Below, piece by piece: positions 1 to 9,819 of a DNA stretch of 64,000 bases. The notes under the pieces are model-generated. The model was not told the DNA's origin and did no database searches. It worked only from the letters and a program-made list of their open reading frames with translations. Position 1 is the first letter of the stretch; each line of letters begins with the position of its first letter. The DNA is from an uncultured Gammaproteobacteria bacterium (lineage in GTDB: Bacteria > Patescibacteriota > Patescibacteriia > Magasanikbacterales > JBBTQS01), in the NCBI GenBank assembly GCA_964627525.1, contig CAZVIA010000004.1:1565-65564 (forward strand), given 5' to 3'. A program made the position numbers and the translations under genes.

Positions 1-170
1 TTGTTTTTGGCCTTCATAATATATGACGTAATGCTAACCAATTTCTTACATTTTGTCTACTTTGTCCAAACCACCCATATATAATAAAAATTAAATAAAC
101 AAACCACGCATACTGTTACATATACGTAGTTTTGTTTTAGTTCAACCCCTAAAACCCCAAACTCCCACAA

Positions 171-1580
171 CTAGTTCACACACAAAACACCATATCGATT
201 CAATCGATACACACCTCCTTGACCAGCAATTGCCATACCACCATCTTCCAAAGACAACACAGCATTTGCTGTATCAAAACCCGCCCCACCAAATGACCGC
301 TCAAACAAAATCCTGCCTTGAGCATCTATTTGACTCAACCACATTTGAGCACTGGTGTTTCCATATGATCTAGTTATGCCAGCTGTAAGCAAATCATTGC
401 CCACACGCCAATCCATTGCATTCACTGAATCATACATCAGACCGCCAAAGGTTTTTTGCCAAACAAAATATCCATCAGAATTAAGCTTGAGCATAAAACC
501 ATCATACTCATACCCATCACCGATTTTGATTTTGCCAGTAACAAAAAAATCCTTGTAAGCATCTTGTGCAACAGCACTTGCCATCTGGTAATCAACAGCA
601 GAATGAAATCTCTCCCACATAATTCCGCCGTTTGTGACAAATTTTGCAACAATAACCCGAGTCTTCAAACCAGGTTGCAGAATTGTGTTACCAACTGCAA
701 CATACTCTCCCTGACCCAAATGCGCGACATCAGAAAGCTGACCACCAGTTTCAACACCTAGCAATTTAGACCACTGCTGAATACCCATGGAATCAATTCT
801 ATAAATCCACGGCGAAGTAGTAACATTTTCCAACACTCCACTTCTGTTTCCAACAATAATAAAACCACCTTCATCATCTGCAACCACTGCGCGAGCTATG
901 TCATCCTTAGTACCACCGTAATCCTCTTCCCAATGCATTTCACCACTTACATCCATGAGCATAACCCAAGCATCTGCTTCACCAAGCCCTGATGAACGAG
1001 TGTAACCCACAACCATAAACTGATCTGCACCACCTTCTGTGTTTTGCACTTTAGAAACTGACCACAGCTTATCTATTTGAGTCCACCCAAACTCTTTTTC
1101 CCAAACCACATTCCCACTTGAATCCAATTTGGTTACACAAGAATTTTGATCATAATCAAATCCAGAAATCAGCTCATGACAAGAACTAATCACAATCAAG
1201 TTACCTTGATCATCTTCAGTCATTGTCAAAACTTCATCCAAGAATTGCTCGCTCAAATCCTTATGCCAGCACTGATAACTATTTTGCACCTCTTCAGATC
1301 CAAACACATCTTCCTTATCCAAAATAGATCTGGGAAAGCCCTCTTGCTCACCTTGCACACCAGTTCCACACTCACAAGGCTCAGCATTTTCACACGGCTC
1401 ACACCCAGCTCTAGAATTTTGCACACTTGCAACACCAAAAGAATAGTACACAACATCATCCATAACACTGTCATGCATTTGAGTTGCATATTCCGCAGTT
1501 TGCTGACAACCTGAAAATTGCCAACCCAACAAACCAAACACAAACCCCAACCACACCAAACTCAAAAAAGACTTTCGCAC
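171..1580 (-). CDS. Putative lipoprotein with beta-propeller-like repeats
   Basis: Signal peptide ending FSGC; repeated LD-x-x-G-x-x-x-W-x-K-x-(F/Y)GG units; GTG start with GGAG SD. Confidence 0.65.
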   Translation of the reverse strand: MRKSFLSLVWLGFVFGLLGWQFSGCQQTAEYATQMHDSVMDDVVYYSFGVASVQNSRAGCEPCENAEPCECGTGVQGEQEGFPRSILDKEDVFGSEEVQNSYQCWHKDLSEQFLDEVLTMTEDDQGNLIVISSCHELISGFDYDQNSCVTKLDSSGNVVWEKEFGWTQIDKLWSVSKVQNTEGGADQFMVVGYTRSSGLGEADAWVMLMDVSGEMHWEEDYGGTKDDIARAVVADDEGGFIIVGNRSGVLENVTTSPWIYRIDSMGIQQWSKLLGVETGGQLSDVAHLGQGEYVAVGNTILQPGLKTRVIVAKFVTNGGIMWERFHSAVDYQMASAVAQDAYKDFFVTGKIKIGDGYEYDGFMLKLNSDGYFVWQKTFGGLMYDSVNAMDWRVGNDLLTAGITRSYGNTSAQMWLSQIDAQGRILFERSFGGAGFDTANAVLSLEDGGMAIAGQGGVYRLNRYGVLCVN

Positions 1581-1708
1581 TTTTCGCTCCTATTCATATT
1601 TAATTCAATTAAGGGATTAAAATATCCTATCAACCAATTTGCGCACAGTCAATAGGATAAACTATGGATAAAGTGTGGTTAAAATTTTGTTGAACCTTAG
1701 CTCAAAAT

Positions 1709-2179
1709 TTACCCCCTCAACAAAACCTTTTGCAACTCGCCCAATCTTTTATAAAAACCAGCACTATGAATTGAGTTTAAACCTAAAGCACAAAAATCAT
1801 AATGATGCATCCACTCATGCAACAAAGTATTTAAAAAAGTTTTTGAAGCTAACATTTGCCCACGCACAGCAGTGCGATTTGTAATATAAATATATTTTGA
1901 CTTTGGGCGATAATAACCATATTGCTTCATCACAGTTCGCCCACCTCTTTTTTTGTGATATTGATTTGTATCACTAATTTTAACATTACAAATATCTATT
2001 TGTGCGAGATCGCAAAGTTCATCTAGCAAAGAAGTGCTGAATTTTTGGCGGGCGCGAGCGGAGCGAGCGCCCAAAATTTCTTCGCACAAAGCACAAACAC
2101 AATCATTCACTTCAAAAGCAACCGCTGTAATACGATTGCTTTTATTATAATTTCTTTTATTACTATTTAAGAAAAACAT
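1709..2179 (-). CDS. SprT-like zinc metalloprotease
   Basis: TLLHEWMHH HExxH motif plus downstream H-x-x-x-F; start MFFLNS chosen, uncertain. Confidence 0.6.
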   Translation of the reverse strand: MFFLNSNKRNYNKSNRITAVAFEVNDCVCALCEEILGARSARARQKFSTSLLDELCDLAQIDICNVKISDTNQYHKKRGGRTVMKQYGYYRPKSKYIYITNRTAVRGQMLASKTFLNTLLHEWMHHYDFCALGLNSIHSAGFYKRLGELQKVLLRG

Positions 2180-2192
2180 ATCATAGGTCCAA

Positions 2193-3137
2193 CTACCCCT
2201 TCCCACCACTTCCATGAATTTTAATATGAGTTTTAACTTCTGCTTTCATCATTTCTCTGGATTTTTCCAACAACACCCTTGGATCAATAGATTTTTTATC
2301 TGAAAAAATTGTCTCACGCAAACCAGCTGCAAAAGCTAAGCGCAAATCAGTATCAATATTAATTTTTGCTACTCCCAACTTAATTGCACGCTTTTTTTGT
2401 GGAGTTGAAATACCATGCGCATTCTTCATCCAATCACAATCTTTTAACAAACCACACTGAGTGTGCAAACGATTTAATAATTTTTTACAAACACGACTTG
2501 CTCCATGCAACACCAAAGGAATTTTCACAACTTGAGAAATTTCTTTTAATCGCACCAAATCCAAAGAACCTGCAATTCCTGTTTGTTTAAAAGCTCCGTG
2601 TGCCGTACCAACAGAAATAGCCAAAGCATCACATCCAGTCAACTTCATAAACTTAACAACTTTTTCAGGATCAGTAAAAAACGCATCTTTATTTTTTACA
2701 CTTACCAAATCTTCTTTCCCAGGAATAGCACCCAACTCTGCCTCAACTGAAATTCCTTTTCTGTGTGCCAACTTAACAATTCCACGAACTGCTTTTACAT
2801 TTTTCTTAAAAGACAAATGCGAAGCATCAATCATTACAGAACCATACAACCCCGACTTAATCGCAACCTTCACCAAATCAATATTTTTTCCATGATCTAA
2901 ATGAAAAACAACTGGCACTTTAGATTTTTCTGCAGCCACTTTTGCAATCGCCCCTAAATAATCCATTCCAGCATAATTTATCGCACCCTCACTTGTCTGC
3001 AAAATCACCGGAGATTTTTCTTCATTAGCCGCTTCAATAATTGCCAAAGCTGTTTCTAAATTATTTATATTAAAAGCACCAACTGCATATCCACGCTTAC
3101 GAGCTTTTGGTAAAATATGATTTAAATTTTTCAACAT
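2193..3137 (-). CDS. fba: Class II fructose-bisphosphate aldolase
   Basis: HLDHG, VEAELG, GTAHG, LVLHGAS, KINIDT motifs. Confidence 0.93.
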   Translation of the reverse strand: MLKNLNHILPKARKRGYAVGAFNINNLETALAIIEAANEEKSPVILQTSEGAINYAGMDYLGAIAKVAAEKSKVPVVFHLDHGKNIDLVKVAIKSGLYGSVMIDASHLSFKKNVKAVRGIVKLAHRKGISVEAELGAIPGKEDLVSVKNKDAFFTDPEKVVKFMKLTGCDALAISVGTAHGAFKQTGIAGSLDLVRLKEISQVVKIPLVLHGASRVCKKLLNRLHTQCGLLKDCDWMKNAHGISTPQKKRAIKLGVAKINIDTDLRLAFAAGLRETIFSDKKSIDPRVLLEKSREMMKAEVKTHIKIHGSGGKG

Positions 3138-3162
3138 AAAATTTTCTGACCTGAAATAAATT

Positions 3163-4128
3163 TTAAATATTTTCAGCTTTCAAACGACCATATTTTCGCA
3201 ACATTCGTTGTAACCCAGAACGAGTTAACAAACCATCTTGTGGTCCGATTTTTGAAATTACACTTGAACTGTTTAAATTACCACGCAACATTGCTTCTGG
3301 AATATCTTTGTCATCCATTAAGGCACTCATAAAACCAACTGCATAAGAATCCCCCGCACCTGTTCGCTCAATTGCTTTTACTTTTTTATAAATTCCCATT
3401 TTCCAATAATTTACACCATCAAAAACAAACGAACCATTTTCCCCATCTGTAATCACAGCAATTTTTGGTCCAAGACGATACAAAGCACGCAACAAAGATT
3501 TTGTATCTTTTTTATTTCCAACTAATTTATGTGCTTCTTGTACATTTAAAAATAAAACATGTGTTACTGCACAAACTTTTTTAATCTCACCAACACCTTC
3601 CAAAAATTGATAAGTTCCAGGATTGTAACCCATCTTTGCCCCACACTTTTTTATATAATTAATTATTTGTTTATTATATTTTTTATGATCTTCACCAATA
3701 CTTGAATAATACATCCAATTTGTTTTTGCCAATTTTGGCAAACGATATTTTCTTGGCGCATGATAAACCAAAATTGTCCGATCTCCATGATAATTAATTA
3801 CAGTAGAAGCATTTGATTGCCCTTTTTTCAAAATCTCAACATACCTAGTATCTACATTCTCTTCTTTCAACTCTTTCATTATGGTTTTTCCAGACATATC
3901 TCCACCTAAAATTGTATGAAACCCTGTTTTAAAACCTAAACGCGCCATGCCAATCGCATTATTAATTGAATTCCCAGCAACTTTTTGTGCAATTGTATCA
4001 ACTGGAATCTTGCTTGGAAATTTTAATTTTAAATAGCAATCATTATCTACTCTACAAGTCACTGCTGCATTATTTACCTCAACAATTGTATCAATAGTTG
4101 AGTCCCCAATTGAAATTATGTCGTACAT
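3163..4128 (-). CDS. PfkB-family carbohydrate kinase
   Basis: N-terminal AGNSINNA and C-terminal RTGAGDSY signatures. Confidence 0.88.
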   Translation of the reverse strand: MYDIISIGDSTIDTIVEVNNAAVTCRVDNDCYLKLKFPSKIPVDTIAQKVAGNSINNAIGMARLGFKTGFHTILGGDMSGKTIMKELKEENVDTRYVEILKKGQSNASTVINYHGDRTILVYHAPRKYRLPKLAKTNWMYYSSIGEDHKKYNKQIINYIKKCGAKMGYNPGTYQFLEGVGEIKKVCAVTHVLFLNVQEAHKLVGNKKDTKSLLRALYRLGPKIAVITDGENGSFVFDGVNYWKMGIYKKVKAIERTGAGDSYAVGFMSALMDDKDIPEAMLRGNLNSSSVISKIGPQDGLLTRSGLQRMLRKYGRLKAENI

Positions 4129-4132
4129 AAAA

Positions 4133-5131
4133 TTATTTTTTCTTTAAAACTTTTTTCACAGCACTAATAATATTTTTTGATTTCATTCCATACTTTTCCA
4201 ACAACTCTTCTGGAGTACCTGACTCACCAAAACTATCATTAACACCAACTGGTACAATTGGAACTGGTCGTACTTGTGCCAACTCTTCACAAACCACACC
4301 AAACAAACCTCCAGCCATTTGATGTTCCTCAACAGTGACCACACAACCAGTTTTTCGCACAGAAGCTAATAAAGTTTTACGATCAAAAGGTTTGATTGAA
4401 GAACAATTAATTACTTCAGCACTAATTTTATTTTTTGCCAAAACATTAGCTGCAACTAATGCTTCATAAACCAATGGACCGCTCGCAATAATTGTTACAT
4501 CTTTTCCTTTTGCAAAAACTTGTGACTTACCAATTGCAAAACTAGTTTTCTTAGTAGTCATACAAGGGGTTTTTTCACGAGCAAAACGAATGTAAACAGG
4601 ACCATCTAATTTTACAGAAGCATGAATTGCTTTGCGAGTTTCTTCTTCATCACAAGGAACCAAAACTGTCATGTTTGGCAAAACTCGTGTAATAGCTACG
4701 TCTTCCAAAGCTTGATGAGTTGCTCCATCAGGTCCAACAGAAATTCCAGCATGAGCTCCAATAATTTTTACATTATTTTTTGCATAACAAATAGAAACAC
4801 GAATCTGATCCCAATTTCTTCCAGGAGAAAAAACAGCATAACTAGAAATAAACGGAATCATTCCTTCTTGTGCCATACCAGCAGCAACACCTGCCATGTT
4901 TTGTTCCGCAATTCCCATTTGAATAAATCTATTTGGAAATTTTTCCTTAAACCAATGTGAACGAGTGGATACAGTTAAGTCACAACACAACACCACTACG
5001 TTTTCATTTTTTTCTCCAGCTTCAACAACACCCTTTCCATAACCGTCGCGAGTCAAAACCATATCTGGTTCTGTAAAAATATTTTTTTTCAAATTTAATG
5101 ATGGATTTAATTTCATATTATTCGTGTTCAC
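4133..5131 (-). CDS. Transketolase, C-terminal subunit
   Basis: GIAEQNM, GPDGATHQ, VTVEEH motifs. Confidence 0.92.
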   Translation of the reverse strand: MNTNNMKLNPSLNLKKNIFTEPDMVLTRDGYGKGVVEAGEKNENVVVLCCDLTVSTRSHWFKEKFPNRFIQMGIAEQNMAGVAAGMAQEGMIPFISSYAVFSPGRNWDQIRVSICYAKNNVKIIGAHAGISVGPDGATHQALEDVAITRVLPNMTVLVPCDEEETRKAIHASVKLDGPVYIRFAREKTPCMTTKKTSFAIGKSQVFAKGKDVTIIASGPLVYEALVAANVLAKNKISAEVINCSSIKPFDRKTLLASVRKTGCVVTVEEHQMAGGLFGVVCEELAQVRPVPIVPVGVNDSFGESGTPEELLEKYGMKSKNIISAVKKVLKKK

Positions 5132-5978
5132 TTCTAATCTTACCTCCTAATGTGCGCAAATCATGCAAAGCCTGGCGAGTCTCTTCACCTGGTTTTGGTG
5201 GCTTGCCATGCCAATTAAAATCCCATTCCATATATTCAACACCTTTACCTGGAATTGTATGTGCAATTATTGCAACAGGTTTTTCATAAATAGCTTTTGC
5301 TTGGTCACATGCATCAACAATCGCACGAATGTTATGACCATCAACATCAATTACATGAAAACCAAATGCTTCAAATTTTTCTCGCAAAGGCTCAATTGCT
5401 TGTACCTCTTCAGTCATTCCATCAATTTGAATATTGTTACGATCTACTATTACAGTCAAATTATGCAAAGGTAAATTTCCAGCCATCATGAATGCTTCCC
5501 AAACCTGACCTTCTTCTAATTCACCATCTCCTGTTAAAACAAAAGTTTCCCATCTTGCATTTTGCATTTGAGCAGCCAAGGCGACACCAACTCCAACTGA
5601 AGTTCCTTGCCCTAAAGGCCCAGCTGCATTTTCAATACCTGGCAAAGAACGACGGTGAGGATGTCCTTGCAAACGAGTTCCTAATTTACGCAAAGTGTTT
5701 AATTCTTTTTTTGGAAAATACCCTGAATGTGCCAAAGCTGCATAATGTACTGGACAAACATGCCCATTACTTACTATCACACGATCACGTTTTTCCCACC
5801 AAGGATTTTTTGGACGATGATTTATAATATGAAAATATAATGCTGTAAAAACATCTGCCATTCCAAGTGGTCCAGCACTATGACCAGATCCTGCACTTAC
5901 TAACATTTTTATTAAATCCTGACGAATTGCATTTGCTGTTTCCTCAAGTTTTTTTACTTTACGATCATGTATGGGCAT
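5118..5978 (-). CDS. Transketolase, N-terminal subunit
   Basis: GSGH, SNGH, LQGHP, GDGELEEG TPP-binding motif. Confidence 0.92.
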   Translation of the reverse strand: MPIHDRKVKKLEETANAIRQDLIKMLVSAGSGHSAGPLGMADVFTALYFHIINHRPKNPWWEKRDRVIVSNGHVCPVHYAALAHSGYFPKKELNTLRKLGTRLQGHPHRRSLPGIENAAGPLGQGTSVGVGVALAAQMQNARWETFVLTGDGELEEGQVWEAFMMAGNLPLHNLTVIVDRNNIQIDGMTEEVQAIEPLREKFEAFGFHVIDVDGHNIRAIVDACDQAKAIYEKPVAIIAHTIPGKGVEYMEWDFNWHGKPPKPGEETRQALHDLRTLGGKIRSEHE

Positions 5979-5981
5979 AAA

Positions 5982-6287
5982 TTATTTTTTACTTTTTACA
6001 CACGGATAACAAACATGCTTGTGTTTGCCAGTTACAATCATGATGTATTCCCAAGTACTTCCCAAAAAGAAAACACCAAATGCAATTATAAAAATCCAAT
6101 TTTGGATATACACTGAATAAGCTCCTAAAAACAAAGACCCAAAAGCAAAAACAGCATCTTGCTGTCGCTCTTTTTCCAAAAAAATTCCATATGCCATTAA
6201 GACCACACCCAACGCACCAAGCACCACTAAAACAATCTGCAAAACTGTTGGATCTGTTGTTTGAAATAATAATTGTTTTATTGTCAT
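5982..6287 (-). CDS. Small membrane protein (about 3 TM helices)
   Basis: Hydrophobic segments; first gene of the tkt-pfkB-fba run. Confidence 0.7.
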   Translation of the reverse strand: MTIKQLLFQTTDPTVLQIVLVVLGALGVVLMAYGIFLEKERQQDAVFAFGSLFLGAYSVYIQNWIFIIAFGVFFLGSTWEYIMIVTGKHKHVCYPCVKSKK

Positions 6288-6365
6288 ATGGGACTATTAT
6301 AACACAAAACTAAAACACACTGGTTTGTTAAAACCAGCGTGTCTTTGTTTGCATAAATACACGCA

Positions 6366-7169
6366 CTAACCTGCAAAACTCAAACGATCCAATAGTGAAA
6401 TTACCTCACTTATTGACTGAACATAAACCCGCACATTTCGCCCTGCTCTAAGCACATCAGTTACATCCAAGTGCTCATAACAAATGCGCGTTTCCCATTT
6501 ATCCCACTTAGAACTACGATCTTCAACAGTTTGAAACACCAACTTTACATCTGCTGGCAAGCTGGACAAATCAAATCCGCAATCACTACAAATACACGCA
6601 AACCTTACTTTTCTATTGTAAGCATTTCTCTGTGTACTTGCATAAAGCACGCAATTCAGACCAAAACGCCAGTTTGTTGTATTGTGAAGCTTAAGCTCAG
6701 ATAGAGGACTAAGAGCATCACGCGTCACAACATAAAACAAATTCTGATGCATTTTCCCAAAAATTGCTGACACAATCTTTTGAACCTGCTTTCCAACCTC
6801 TTTTGTATCATGCCTACCATTGTGTTCACAAGCCAACAAACCACTACAACCACCTAGTAGATCATTAGTAAGTCCTCGAAAAACCGTAATTGGAACCCAC
6901 TGGTCTCCAAACGGAACAACACATGCGGCACGACAACAACCCAATTGTATATGAGTAGCAAGTCTGCGACGCAAAGCACGCAGTTCTTTAAACGTTCTTC
7001 CGTTCAACAAGCTTTCGGATTCAAGATGACCAAACCGACCAACAGTCAAAAGTGCTTTTGCAACAGCATGATCAACAGCTGTAAAATCTGTTTCAGTCAT
7101 ATCAAGCAAACCCTGTCTCACCACCTCTTCGACCAAAGGCAATTCAAACCTCTGTATTATTGATCCCAC
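6366..7169 (-). CDS. Hypothetical protein (orphan)
   Basis: 267 aa ORF, GGGAGG SD before GTG, terminator-like hairpin at 6314-6342. Confidence 0.65.
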   Translation of the reverse strand: MGSIIQRFELPLVEEVVRQGLLDMTETDFTAVDHAVAKALLTVGRFGHLESESLLNGRTFKELRALRRRLATHIQLGCCRAACVVPFGDQWVPITVFRGLTNDLLGGCSGLLACEHNGRHDTKEVGKQVQKIVSAIFGKMHQNLFYVVTRDALSPLSELKLHNTTNWRFGLNCVLYASTQRNAYNRKVRFACICSDCGFDLSSLPADVKLVFQTVEDRSSKWDKWETRICYEHLDVTDVLRAGRNVRVYVQSISEVISLLDRLSFAG

Positions 7170-7483
7170 AGCTCCTCCCTTTCTTGGTCTGGGTGTTTTG
7201 GTAGATTTTTGATGGACACATTCCCAACCTCTTGAACCATTTGATTAGGCCAGTCCACCCGAATTAGCAATGCCGCACCTTCTTGATACTCATCACTCTC
7301 ACGATTTACACAAAGATACAGATTTGACCAAAGCCGAGACTTCCAAAGAAATTCCACTTTTGGGAAAAAACCATATGGCACATACATGCCATTTACATTT
7401 ATGGGAATTGGATCCCATAATATTTTTTTTACAAGATTGTTAAGGTACCCAAGAACTTGAGTAAGATTTATTTTCAAGCCCAC
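7157..7483 (-). CDS. Hypothetical protein (orphan; true start probably TTG at 7477)
   Basis: AAGGAGG SD and TTGACT-17-TAAGTT promoter upstream; overlaps start of next ORF. Confidence 0.6.
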   Translation of the reverse strand: MGLKINLTQVLGYLNNLVKKILWDPIPINVNGMYVPYGFFPKVEFLWKSRLWSNLYLCVNRESDEYQEGAALLIRVDWPNQMVQEVGNVSIKNLPKHPDQEREELWDQ

Positions 7484-7587
7484 CTCCTTTTGCTCGTGTT
7501 TGCACGAGATATCAACTTAGCATAATTAAAAAAACAAGTCAACCAAACCTGTTTTCTTGTGAAAAATTTTACAAAAACCCAAAAAAA

Positions 7588-8520
7588 CTATTCCAAAGTA
7601 TTTAAATATGAAATCGCAGACAAAGCAGCAGAAATTCCCATTCCAGTTGCAATACCAATTTGAAAATATGGAAAATCAGTTACATCACCTGCTGCAAAAA
7701 TTCCCGGACAATTTGTTTTGCACATACGATCAACGAGAATATTTCCTTTTTCTGTTTTTTCTGCACATTCAATAAATTTACTGTTTGGCAACAAACCAAT
7801 ATGGACCATCACACCTTGCACTTCCAACTTATGTTCAACACCTTCTTTGTCTTTATAATTTAAACCACTCACCATTCCTTCACCTTCAATACTTTGCGTC
7901 ATTGCTTCATACAAAATTTCAACATTTGGATGTGACTTTAACTTATCAATCAAAATTTGATCACCTTTAAAATCTGGGTACTTAGACAAAACATAAACCT
8001 TACTTGAAATTTCAGACATCATGATTGCAGATTCTAAAGCAGAATTTCCAGAACCAATAGTTGCAGTTATCTTACCTTTGAATAATGGTCCATCACACAC
8101 AGTACAATAAGTTACACCTTTGTGATACATTTCTTTTTCTCCAGGAACTTCCAAGTGTCTCGGCTTTGCACCAGTTGCAACAATCACTGCTTTAGACTCA
8201 AAAACAACTTCTTCTTCACCTCTTTTGCCTTTTACCACAAAACCACTTTTATCATCTCCACCATCTTTTTTCTCAACAGAAATCACATCAACATTATTTT
8301 CAATATCAACTTTATTAAATTCCAATTGTTCTTGAAATTTTTTGGACAACTCAACACCAGTGATTGATTTTGTTCCAGGATAATTTTCAACCTCACCAGC
8401 TGTTGCAACTTCTCCACCCAAATCTTTTGCCACAACCTTAAAATTAAGTTTTCTACGAGATGCATAAACCGACGCCGCTGTTCCAGCTGCTGACCCACCA
8501 ATAATTATTAAATCTAACAT
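7588..8520 (-). CDS. trxB: Thioredoxin reductase
   Basis: IIGGSAAG FAD motif, CTVCDG active site, GIFAAGD. Confidence 0.9.
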   Translation of the reverse strand: MLDLIIIGGSAAGTAASVYASRRKLNFKVVAKDLGGEVATAGEVENYPGTKSITGVELSKKFQEQLEFNKVDIENNVDVISVEKKDGGDDKSGFVVKGKRGEEEVVFESKAVIVATGAKPRHLEVPGEKEMYHKGVTYCTVCDGPLFKGKITATIGSGNSALESAIMMSEISSKVYVLSKYPDFKGDQILIDKLKSHPNVEILYEAMTQSIEGEGMVSGLNYKDKEGVEHKLEVQGVMVHIGLLPNSKFIECAEKTEKGNILVDRMCKTNCPGIFAAGDVTDFPYFQIGIATGMGISAALSAISYLNTLE

Positions 8521-8546
8521 AGTATTAAAATAAATTCTGTTATAGC

Positions 8547-9020
8547 TTAACAAAAAAACCCTACCAGCGCTAGTGCTAATGCATCTGCTGCATCATCTGG
8601 TTTTGGAATTTCTTTAAGACGCAATTGCATTTGAACCATTTTTTGCATTTGAATTTTTTCTGCATTTCCATAACCAGTTAAAGTTTGCTTAACTTGTTTT
8701 GGTCCTATCTCAACCAAACGCAATCCAGAATTTACAATTGTCAACAAAATTACTCCACGCGCATGTGCCACATTAATCCCTGTTGAAATATTTTTTGTAA
8801 AAAAAAGTTGTTCAACAACAACTAATTCTGGATTAAATTTTTTTATAATTTCTTTAAGTTCTTTTTCAATCAATTGCAGACGTTCAACAAACTTTAAATT
8901 AGGGTCAGTTTCAATACAACCATAAGTTATTGCCTTAAACTGATCACGACCACCTTCTTCCACTACACCAAATCCAACTCTTCCAAATCCTGGATCAATA
9001 CCCAACACTATGCGCCCCAT
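8547..9020 (-). CDS. ruvC: Holliday junction resolvase RuvC
   Basis: LGIDPG, VEQLFF, DDAADALA motifs. Confidence 0.95.
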   Translation of the reverse strand: MGRIVLGIDPGFGRVGFGVVEEGGRDQFKAITYGCIETDPNLKFVERLQLIEKELKEIIKKFNPELVVVEQLFFTKNISTGINVAHARGVILLTIVNSGLRLVEIGPKQVKQTLTGYGNAEKIQMQKMVQMQLRLKEIPKPDDAADALALALVGFFC

Positions 9021-9030
9021 ATTTTAATTA

Positions 9031-9762
9031 TTAAACCGCATTAGTAAAATACTCCTGCACATCATCAAGCTCATCTACTGCTTCAAAAAAATTCTCTACT
9101 TTAGATTGTTCTGCTTCTGAAATTTTTTTAGTTTCTTTTGCTTTCCACTCTAAACCAGATTCTTCAATTTCAATTTTTTGCGCTTGCACAGCTTCAACAA
9201 TTTTTTGTAAATCAGAAACCACACCATACACTGCAACACCTTCATCTTCATCAACAATATCACTAACACCTGCATCAATCATGTTTAATTCAAACTCATC
9301 TCTAGAATTTAATTTTGCAACCTCTTCTTTATTAATATGCACACCAGCCAATCTTTCAAATTGCCATTGCACACTTCCAGGACCACCCAATGAGCCCCCG
9401 TGTTTAGAAAAAACATGTTTCATTTCTGCTGAAGATCTATTTTTATTATCAGTCACAACCTCCACCATTACACCAATTTGTCCTGGACCAAAACCTTCAT
9501 AAGTAATTGTCTCAAAAACCACACCACTTTTATCATCTCCTGTCCCGCGCTTAACAGCATTATCAATTTTATCTTTTGGCACATTACCTGCCTTAGCTTT
9601 TTCAATTGTTAAACGTAAACTAAAATTCATTTCAGGATCTCCACCACCTTGGCGCGCTGCCAGTGTTATTGCACGTAATAATTTCGTAAACAAATTACTA
9701 CGCTTTGCATCTGCTGCGCCTTTTTTGTGTTTTATTTTACTCCATTTTGAGTGGCCTGACAT
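9031..9762 (-). CDS. yebC: YebC/PmpR family protein
   Basis: MSGHSKWSKIKHKK N-terminus, YEGFGP, TDNKNR. Confidence 0.95.
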   Translation of the reverse strand: MSGHSKWSKIKHKKGAADAKRSNLFTKLLRAITLAARQGGGDPEMNFSLRLTIEKAKAGNVPKDKIDNAVKRGTGDDKSGVVFETITYEGFGPGQIGVMVEVVTDNKNRSSAEMKHVFSKHGGSLGGPGSVQWQFERLAGVHINKEEVAKLNSRDEFELNMIDAGVSDIVDEDEGVAVYGVVSDLQKIVEAVQAQKIEIEESGLEWKAKETKKISEAEQSKVENFFEAVDELDDVQEYFTNAV

Positions 9763-9819
9763 ATTAAGCCTGACGTATTAAGACCGGGCAAAATTCGCCC
9801 CACAAATTTTGCCCTAGCT

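Noticed and set aside
2040-2085. GC-rich GCGAGCG hairpin as an inserted repeat
   Set aside because: In frame within the HExxH protease (LGARSARARQKF); the coding sequence explains it
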